From contig CP075494.1 in the NCBI GenBank assembly GCA_021613535.1, positions 10,230,001 to 10,294,000 of the forward strand: a DNA stretch of 64,000 bases. The letters run 5' to 3'. Every line of letters begins with the position of its first letter. The first letter of the stretch is position 1. The DNA is from Adineta vaga. Taxonomy: Eukaryota; Animalia; Rotifera. Under the pieces are notes generated by a model. The model did no database searches, had not been told where the DNA came from, and saw only the letters and a program-made list of their open reading frames with translations. Shown in pieces: positions 52,288-64,000 of this stretch. The position numbers and the translations under genes are program-made.

Positions 52288-53263
52288 AGTGATACAGACA
52301 GATTAATAGATCGTCTTAATAAACAGTAGATTAAAAAAATGAGATGTAATTACAAAAATAAACGACGTAGTATTTTTAATGACGTTACTCGATTTTTAAA
52401 TGATAAATTATATGCATGACCAAGTGTTTTTATTGGGAAAATCAAACTTGATCATATGTGCATAACAAACATTTGTCACCGCCGGTTCACTTTCATATTT
52501 TTCTTGTACGAATAGTTTGAAATCAAAACATTCTTTTCATTGCTTGCTCATTTTTACTCACAACATAGTTTATAATATATATCAGTAAACATACAAACAG
52601 TCAAGAAATCATAGTCTTTTTTTATTATTCATCGTATTAAAGAACAAACTGTCTATGTAAGATTTTAATTTAGATATAAAAATTTCTATGATTGAATGTC
52701 TTCATCTTTCTATACATATAATTTGAATGAGTTTGATGAGGGAATCATACAGACAGGTTAAGTATTTGGTTAATAGGCAGATTAGATTTCATAATCAGAT
52801 ACGTTAATCGTACTCTTCGTATTCCTCAATCATTGGATAGTGTGATGAAAGGAATACATCAAATAGTGCATCCTTGACGAAAAAAAACTTTCGTTTGTTT
52901 TAAATCAAAAACTACTTTCGTACGTCATTTAAGTTTGATTTGGATTTATATTGTAAACAGAACGAAATAAGCGTAATTATATTTGAAGGCAAACCAAGGA
53001 CGATTATGTGCTGTTTTGTTTATATCAAAACAATATTTTCTTTGATATTTCATTTCAATACTTCGAACAAATTCATTAGATATCTATTATATAATGATAT
53101 GTGCACAACTTGCAAAAAGATATATATTTTTTTTCATATCAATCAATCATTGCTAGTATAGGGAAAGATTGTTTACGGACAAAAGGGATTTATCAAAGGA
53201 CACTTGGGAGGAAAATCTACTAATGTGACTAAAACAAAATACGTGACATGTATCAAACATAAT

Positions 53264-53812
53264 CTATGCCTTTTTTCCTCGATTTTGGTCATGAGTATCA
53301 ATTGAACCACCTGCTTTGCCATATGGTGGATCATTGCTCACAACTTGATCTGGTTTACTCCAATCTTTTCGTGTTGTACCTTTTCATGAAAACAAGAAAA
53401 AACATAGATTTTGAACAAAGTTTACATTCGATCATATACCAGGTTGTTTGGTATCATCAATTATATTAGATTTTTGTTTCTTATCAGTAGTTTTCGTTTT
53501 ATTTAAATTACTATCTTTGCTTGGATTGGATTGTTTTTCATCTAAGAAAATACATATAGAGTTTTTCGATGAAAACATTCGTAAGGTGTCTTTTACAGAT
53601 AGTAGAAAGACTATAGTGAATGACTTACTATTCTTTCGACTATTCGATGAACGTGAATCAGTTCCATCGTAACGAACATGCTGTCCGATCAACGAAGGAC
53701 AGAAGAGTGTAATATTTCGTTGCTAGAAAATATTTTTATATAAATTTATGAGCGTAAAGAACGATATCTAACGTACAGTTGCAATAGTTAATGATTGTCG
53801 TAAAGCTTGCAT
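53264..53812 (-). CDS. Small spliced hypothetical protein (about 130 aa)
   Basis: Four frame-compatible exons: MQALRQSLTIAT|QRNITLFCPSLIGQHVRYDGTD...|NEKQSNPSKD...|GTTRKDWSKPDQ...KKA*. The N-terminus resembles a mitochondrial presequence; 3' end uncertain. Confidence 0.55.
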
Positions 53813-53986
53813 GATCTAAAATGAATGTTTCTATATACTATCTAATAACAATTTATTTAAGCAATCAATCAATCGAAATTAGGTCGCGTTAAAATCATTA
53901 TTATCTAAAACAAGAAGATTTTATACAAAAAAAAACAAACGAACAAAAGAGATTCAGATTTTGTTTTTTCATTGACTATTTATATT

Positions 53987-54502
53987 TTACATCATTTGTC
54001 GCAAACTACGATAAACTGATGCAATACAGTTAATATCAATCCAAATATAAAGAAAAATATCACTAGGTAAACCTTTTTTAAAATGAAGATTGAGCCAAAT
54101 AGATGCAATTATTGTACATAATTTTAATAGAAAAAAAACCAAACGATAAGCAAGTCCATGATATGTTCCTATACCATGAACATATATTGAATAACTTCCA
54201 AACGAAAGAATAGCCATATTACAAATGAAATTAATATATTCAAGTATTTGACGTTGTTCATTGTATGATAAACACAACTTTCCAGAAATATCTTTTTTAC
54301 ATGATAAAACACTTTTGTTTGTATTTGATGAAGATAATTGATGAATGAGAGTACTTTGATTCTTAATATCGGCTATTTCATGTTTAATTTTTAACATTTC
54401 TTTATTTAAATAAATAACATCGGACATGCAAAGTAAGAAAACAGTACTATAAATACCAGCTATAACACCCAAAACAATCGATGCTATATTAGCTTCATTC
54501 AT
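53987..54502 (-). CDS. Hypothetical membrane protein (171 aa)
   Basis: Uninterrupted ORF with one N-terminal and about three C-terminal hydrophobic segments; no family recognised. Confidence 0.5.
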   Translation of the reverse strand: MNEANIASIVLGVIAGIYSTVFLLCMSDVIYLNKEMLKIKHEIADIKNQSTLIHQLSSSNTNKSVLSCKKDISGKLCLSYNEQRQILEYINFICNMAILSFGSYSIYVHGIGTYHGLAYRLVFFLLKLCTIIASIWLNLHFKKGLPSDIFLYIWIDINCIASVYRSLRQMM

Positions 54503-55700
54503 AGAAAGAATTCAATAAATTATTTAAAATAGTCGAGATGTTGATCAAATTGTTACTCGCATGTGTTTTATTCTGTTTGTTGGATTCTTTTATATGACTG
54601 GTAAACACAATAGACCAATAGAATAACAAAGAATGGTGCTAGTAGAAAACAGACAGACGGCGGCAGACACTATACTTATTACTCCAACCAAGTTTATTCG
54701 CTCGCTAGTTCTGCTATTTTAAATCAGGAACAAATTACAAACTATATCACAAACAAAGATGTGATATAGTGATCAATATTTTTCAAATGTCTCTCTTCCA
54801 AAAGATAATCTATCATAATTTAGGAAAATTGTTTTTTAATATGATTGAAACATGATTCTATTTTTTCTAACACTCGATAAATCGAAAATAACATTAAACT
54901 TTTTTTTTAGTTTCATTTGAATTTATTCAACTTCCGTTTATAGAAGTTATATTGACTTCATAATGTATAAATGATATAATATTTTATTCAATCGATATTC
55001 AAACATACCTATACTTATAGAATCCTTCAAAACTCCGTGATTCTTTTCTTTATTGAACATAGTAACCATCAAGGACGAAAAGAAAAACTAATTGTGTCAT
55101 TGAATTTTTCTTTCACACTTTAAAACCTTTTATTCTAATATGAATTGATATTTATAGTATATCAAATGTTCTTTGACAAGGACAAAATTAAAAATGCATC
55201 TTGATTTTCTTTCTTCTGTTTCTTTCTAGTATGAAAAAATTATGAAGAATGAAGAAGAAGAGAAAAAAAGATATATCACATTTATGACATTTTCATTGAA
55301 CACTTAGATAAATATAAAAGAAATATATCGTTCTTTTCCATTAGAAAATATCTTGCTAAAGAAAAAGAAAGTTTTGACGAGAACAACTCAAATGTTAGTC
55401 GAAATATCCAGAAAAATTTGGACAAACTAAAATATAGAATAGATTATGAAAATAAAGAAGAGAAATTCTGCTACACGTATAACATCGAGAGAAAAAAAGT
55501 CGTTTACAAGCTATACACACCAACAAGAAATCAGCTATACAAAGAAAAAAAAAAGAAAACGAAACGACAAAGCATCTAAAGAGAAAAAGGATGATGAATA
55601 TTCAACACGAAAAATGTGTTGAAATATTGATAAAGAAAAAAGAACTACACAAAAACAATAAATAAGTTTGAAGAAAATGTTTTATCGAAATTGAAATAAC

Positions 55701-56356
55701 CTATTTCTTAGATTTCTTTGTTCCACGTCCAGTTGTTTTCTTTCCTGCTCGTTTTACGTATGCTTTACCTTCCTAACAATAAAAAGAAAAACATCAATGT
55801 TCAGAGAAAACAAAGAAAAAGAATGATTTACTTTTGCTGTTTTAGCCATTGTACCAAGCCGTTTTAATGCTGGTTTACGAGCAGGTTTAGCTTTATTTGC
55901 TTTTGCAGGTGCTTTCTTAGCTGAAGCAGATGCTTGACGACGTTTTGTTTCAGCACGCGTATCGCCAAGTATTTGTTGACCAAGTAAAGTTTTAGCTTCC
56001 TGTTTAGAAGAAAGAACAAGAATTCAATTGCAATCAAGATGCTATTAATTAAGAATATACTTGAGCAGTATTTTTCATCGTTCGTGCTTTAGATAATTTT
56101 GGTTTAGCTTTTGATGTTGATGGAGAAGGAGAAGATGTATCGTCACGTGCATCGAGAATAGCATTGACTTTATTTAATTGATCTTCACCCCATGATCGTT
56201 TTAAAAAATCTGTACCTGCCTAAATAAAAATAAAAAGGTTTTTTGTCTTTTAAAGAAAAAATTTTCAAGGATTGTTTATCTTACAGCTACAGTTGTCGCC
56301 ATCGTTCCTGCTTTTTTCAATGATGATTTTGTGGTTTTACCTTTCTTCGGAGACAT
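55701..56356 (-). CDS. Small Lys/Ala-rich basic protein with three internal repeats (about 155 aa, 4 exons)
   Basis: MSPKKGK...LKKAGTMATTVA|AGTDFL...LSKARTMKNTAQ|EAKTLL...LKRLGTMAKTAK|EGKAYV...KKSKK*. Three phase-0 GT-AG introns; absent from the ORF track. Confidence 0.8.
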
Positions 56357-57522
56357 CGGTTCGCTCTATTGCTTGTGTGCGCGTGTAAGTGTATGTGAAA
56401 CGAGAGAAATGAATGAATAAATGAATGAATGAATGAATGAGTATATATATATATATACAAGTAGGTGGGTAGATTGTGTTTACCTAGAACACGTTGAAAA
56501 TAAAGATTATATTAATGTTTCGACATGAAATATCAATTATATAAGATTTATTCTTGAAAATATATGTTAGTAGATATATGTAGAATAATTCTATTAAGTA
56601 AGAGAAGTTTATATCTAACTTTCAAGGTGAACTTTCATATATTCAGGTATGTCATGTGCAATATCTCGTTCTCCTTTCTTTTTTATGCGAGAGTAAATTG
56701 TGCGTGTGTGTGTGTGTATGTGTGTGGGCACGGTTAGAGTCAATAGAGAAAGAAAAAAAGAAGAAGGAAAAAAACGTCAAATAGTGCCCATCAGCGAAAT
56801 TCTTCGCTTGCTTAGTCCTCTATATGGCTGATATTAGGGTTAAATATGTGATAATTAACGGAAATTAATGTTTGGAGATAATTGATTGAAAAAGACGGTT
56901 GTCATTTATTTTGTGTCAAGACAGAATTTATTATATAAGCGTGAGAAATAGTGTAACATACTATATTATTTATTCAATTTATCAACGAATTTTTCTTTTA
57001 AAACAATGTTTCTCATTGATATCTATCGTTTGCTTTTATCACAAATTGTTTTCACTACATCAATCAATTAATCATCGATGTTTAGAGATAAATCATTCGA
57101 TTGATATCAAAATACTTGAAACTATTGAATATAAAATGACATTTACCATCTTTATACTCTATTGAAAACTCAACTACCGTTAGTACATGTTTGTGAATGA
57201 GATATTTTCGTGTACCATAGTAGATAATATCATGATTATACTAGTATAAGGAAATATTTTGCATTACTATCATACTCGTTCATTATGATTTGAAATACAA
57301 TGAAAAATCAAGGTTATTCTATGATAGATACCTACAAACATTTTGTTACACGTAATTATGAACATGAAAGAACTAAATCATAATGCTCGAATAAGGTAAA
57401 TGCATTCAGTATTCTATATAAGAATATGATATATAGAGAAAAAACTTTCTACATGTTCATAGCATACTAAAGTTTTAACATTATAAAAAAAAGATAGAAA
57501 TATACACACATACAAAAATCTA

Positions 57523-57867
57523 TCAAGAAGATTTTGATTCTTCTTTTTGTTTATCTTGTAATCTTCTAAGAATTTCCAATTTTTTCTGAATAATTGGATC
57601 TCGTGAAATGGTTTGTTCACGTCGTTTTTTTTCACTTTCACTTTTATTCATTTGTCGATGTGTTTCAAGCTAAAGAAAACGAATGACTCTCAACGAACTC
57701 ATATCAATGTAACTTACATCTTCTTTTTTACATCGATATAATTGCGCCAATAAACCATCGCAAGCACCTATAGCTCGACTTTTCTTTTCAATACATTCAT
57801 AGAATTGATCTAATATCTCATTACATTTCGGATCAAGAAAACGATGTGTACCGGTTAGAAAAGACAT
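57523..57867 (-). CDS. Twin CX9C mitochondrial intermembrane-space protein, CMC2-like
   Basis: C-NEILDQFYE-C and C-DGLLAQLYR-C; one intron; second exon LETHRQMNK...SKSS*. Confidence 0.7.
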
Positions 57868-57991
57868 CTAAAAAAATGAAGTTAAGATGTAATTTTTGAG
57901 TTCGATGATTGTTTTAGAAAAGCAAAACAAAACATAACAGAGAAAAGAAAAACAAATTATGGAAGTTTTTATGAGTCGAATATCGTTTGTT

Positions 57992-59685
57992 TTACATCGA
58001 TTTCACTTTCATTTGTTTCATTTTGGGTTGTCGTCGTTTCATTTCACGTTTATGCTCTCTTTCTTCCCATTTCCGTTGTAATTCAGCATCATCCGATTGC
58101 ATCACTTTTTCTTTTTCAGCACGGCGTTTTTCTTCACTTCGTATTTGAGCTTGTTCTTGCCGTTGTAGATTAACATTTTTAAGAAATTGTTCGTCGATAC
58201 GTTGACGACTTTTAATTGCTTTAGTTTTCAATTCTTTCGACGCAAAACGAAATTGAGTAACCCGATCAATTAAATGTAGTACAAAACGTAAATAATCATT
58301 AGAAAGACTTTCTGTTGTCACTTGAAGTGAACGACCATCTTGTGGAATTAGATTAAATGTAACAATTAATACACGACGAACAGAACGCTCACTAGTATTC
58401 AATGCATCTTGTTGTTGTGCAGCAGTACCAGTATTTGATGCACCTGTTGATGACGTTTGTTGATCACTACTTTGAACTTTCATGCCAGTATATTGATCAC
58501 TAATGTGAATGTATTCAAGTGCATCAGGATATCTAAAGATGTCAAAAAGTAAGAAATTGAAATTTGAAGATTCATATAAAGATGAAAAGTCATACCTTTC
58601 TACAAATCCTGTTAGATTTGAATCAATGAAATGTGATGAAGCTTCTCCGATTTCACTTAAGATTTGATAATTACCAGTCAAACCTCTTTTATCGGCATTT
58701 TTTTTTTCACCACAAAATTGACTTAGATCAATCATATCACGATGAAGTTTTGTTGCTGAACGTTTTTTTGCTAAACAAAAGACGAATGTGTCCATATCAT
58801 CTTTACTAAAATCAATTGTATAAACAAGAGTATCATTAATTGATTTAATTATTGCGGCCAAAGAATTAAATGCACATTGTCGTTTAACTAAACGTAATTC
58901 CATGAGCATACTTTCAAGTGATGCTCGACCACTACACCAAAGAATATATAAATGATCTGATTCTTTTTGCATAGAAGTAATTTGATCATCGGTTTGAGTA
59001 TTTCGTGTCTGACCATCGTCACCAACAAGATGAAAACTTCGTTCAAGTAAATCACGTTGTGAACGATAAACGCTTGTAGCTAAACGAGCATTTTTTGTAC
59101 GACCAATAAGAAAATTGATTAAATAACCGAGTAAAAAAATTAACATAACAGCTTCACATTGATAAGCTTCCCAACGATTTCCAGTTAAATTAGCTGGAAC
59201 TTCAGTAATTTTAAGATCTGGTGTTGATGAACTTGGTGAAGCAAATGAATCGGACTAGAAATTTCCTTGAATTAAAAACTAAATAACAATCAATAATTTA
59301 GCTCACCATTTCAAATTCTTCATCATCAAACATTGAATCATCATCATCATCAACAACACTGACTTCTTCTTCTTCTTCTTCTTCTTCTTTCTCTGTTTTT
59401 GTTTTACTCTGCTCTGTTGATACTACTTTTTCTTTTTCAGTAACTTTTGGTTCATTAACTTGTGTCTTCGAAGGTAATGGCGTAGCACCCGTCGCTGATG
59501 GTGTTTCTAAAACGATACAACATGGTGAAATAGATAATTCAAATGAATCTTAACAAAAACATACCAACAACAAATTCTTCTTGATCAAAATCATCAAATT
59601 CAGAAAAATCGTCATCTTTCACTTTTTTTGTTGTTGAGCAAACAAAGCATAAAGAAATCACTAGTAAACATATCGTTAGCCGCAT
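57992..59685 (-). CDS. CCDC47: PAT complex subunit CCDC47 (calumin)
   Basis: Signal peptide, acidic DDDFSEFDD region, TM followed by GRTKN, LWCSGR, IHISDQYTG, C-terminal coiled coil ending KMKQMKVKSM. Confidence 0.9.
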
Positions 59686-60626
59686 TTTGTATCTTATTCA
59701 GTAATAAATTATCTTAAAATGGAAAAAAACATTGTAAATTTTCTTCATTCTTATTGGTTCAAGTAAATAAACCAGTCAATTTTCATTGTGAAAAAACTTT
59801 TTTGCGAAGAAATTTTTATTTTATTGAATTTGTTTGATTTTAAACTGAAGATTTCTGATGAAAAATATCTTCTTTTTCAACCATAGATGGGAGTATTGCC
59901 TTAACATTCAAGAACCAATAAGAAAGCACAACGTTTTTTTTTACGTTACGGATACGGACACTGGTCTAGTTCAATTCGATAAGCATGAAAAGAGAAACAT
60001 TTTTTTCTTCTTTTTCTTTTAGATTAAATATTTATTATCTGTTTTTTTTTTAATTTTTTTTCAAAAGAAAGAAGACCAAACGAAAAATAAATTGTATGTA
60101 ATCAATGTTTTACATCAGAGAAGTCTATCTGATGCTGTTGCTTATCGGAGTGTAATGCAATTGTCAAGGTGAGAATGAATAAGAGAAGATAGAGATAGGA
60201 GAAACAAGGTCGAATATTTATACTTTTGCGTTCGATAGAAATTGTAATCAATAAGTACCACTTGATATTTCAACTTGAGCAACAAATGTTTCGAATACTT
60301 TTCATTTGTTAAAGCTTCCGAGTTCTGTTCTGATGATGATTTTTTCGAAAAACGATTCCTACACATTGATTCATCGACAGACGATGACTGTTTTTCCTTC
60401 TCTTTCTTTTCTAGTTTACCTGTGTTTAGTCATATTTGCGTGGTATTATTTTGCTAAGATGTTTAAAAAAAATAAGTTACTGAGAGTGACAAATATAATT
60501 GTATGTCTATATATGGTAAAAGAAAATTCGTCTATCTTTTACATACACCGATACCGCATAGAACGCAAAAAGGATACAAATAAATGGGTAGATTGTTTAG
60601 AGATAATAACTTCATATTCATTTTAG
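59686..60626. promoter_or_regulatory. Divergent promoter / 5' UTR region shared by CCDC47 and coronin
   Basis: Head-to-head genes; oppositely oriented CCAAT boxes near 59753 and 59915. Confidence 0.4.
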
Positions 60627-60687
60627 GTTGTATTCAGCGTCCTCTCACAACACATAATATTATCATTCCTATCTTTTCTCATCTTTC

Positions 60688-62822
<2,135 letters not shown>

Positions 62823-62985
62823 TTTTTACTTTTTAATCCTACTATTCTTCTATATTCATATATTTATGTGTTTGTCTATTGAACATTTTTCAAAAAAAAA
62901 AACATTCCTATCCGGTGTTATATCTTCCGTCTAATGCACGAAAAAAAAATCATTTCCTTTTTTTTCTTCTAAATAACCATTTTAG

Positions 62986-64000
62986 ATGAAGTTCATTTCT
63001 TTATTAATCTTATTATTAATCTGCTTAGTGACATTGATTTCTGCTGGGTAGGTTATAATCAAGAGAAATCTTTTGAGATATAAATATGTATATTTATATT
63101 TAGTCGAGATTTTTATAAAATTTTAAATCTACCGAAATCAGCAACATTAAATCAAATAAAGAAATCTTATCGAAAATTAGCAAAAGAATTACATCCTGAT
63201 AAGAATAAAAATGATCCCAAAGCACAAGAACGTTTCCAAGATCTAGGCGCTGCTTATGAAGTAAAATTCTCAACGATATAAATCCTAATTAATTCATATA
63301 ATCAACATGCTTTCTTTTTCTTTCAGGCACTATCAGATTCTGATAAACGAAAAATTTATGATAAACATGGTGAAGACGGTTTAAAACAACAGGGTGGTGG
63401 TGATTCATTTCATGACCCATTTTCAAGGTTAACAACAGACATATTTATTAAGAAATATACATATATTTTTTATTTCGATTTTTTTTTAGTTTTTTTGGAG
63501 ATTTCTTTCATTTTGGAGGAGGATCAAGAGATGACGGACATAATCATGTGCCACGTGGTGGAGATTTAGTTACTGATCTATATGTGTCACTTGAAGAAGT
63601 TTATAACGGAAATTTTATTGAAGTAAATAAGAAAATTTTTTAGGTTTTGTCTATTTGAATGAAATAAATGTCTAGGTTGTTCGAGCTAAACCAGTAGCAA
63701 AACAAACTAGTGGTTCAAGAAAATGTAATTGTCGAATGGAAATGCGAACAACTCAAATGGGTCCAGGAAGGGTAAGAGATAATAGTTTTACTTCTATTGA
63801 AAATAGATTTACAAATATCTGGTTCAAATATTATCCGAAATGTCATACATATGACCTTGTCTCACAAAGCTCCTATGTGGAAATTCATACTGACAGTCAC
63901 GAAGGTGGAAGTAGTCACATACTGTGTTCCTGTGTTAATAGTATTCGATTTCCTACCATATATCATGGAAATATATCTATTTTAGTTTCAAATGATGCAA
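62986..64000 (+). CDS. DNAJB11: DnaJ homolog subfamily B member 11 (ERdj3), 3'-incomplete
   Basis: Signal peptide, [59 protein letters not shown]. Confidence 0.93.

Noticed and set aside
56409-56725. (TGAA)n, (TA)n and (GT)n tracts
   Set aside because: Ordinary short microsatellites upstream of a gene.

Overview
AT-rich animal DNA with short (about 50-65 bp) GT-AG introns. The mix of conserved metazoan genes and an intron-containing bacterial-type NRPS suggests a bdelloid rotifer (inference). Positions 1-35.5 kb hold the 3' part of what appears to be one giant spliced non-ribosomal peptide synthetase gene (+ strand, about 7,500 aa inside the window, 5' end off-window). Its domain order is [C-A-T-C]-[C-A-T-C]-[C-A-T-C]-C-A-T-C-A-T plus a membrane-bound terminal domain of the epsilon-poly-L-lysine synthetase (Pls/PosA, TIGR02353) type, with no thioesterase. 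Every C domain starts right after a phase-1 intron, the modules are mosaics of near-identical patches, and the long inter-module introns hold nested DNA transposons (hAT, a pogo/Tc1-like MITE, other MITEs). Downstream are a full-length RTE retrotransposon whose 5' end is a twister ribozyme starting exactly at the cleavage site, an intronless class A GPCR, an ABCB/P-glycoprotein exporter and two orphan genes. Further on are a Lys-rich internal-repeat protein and a compact housekeeping block (CMC2-like, CCDC47, coronin, DNAJB11). Three same-strand gene pairs look like operons resolved by trans-splicing. All exon boundaries and alignments were read by eye; no database search was run.
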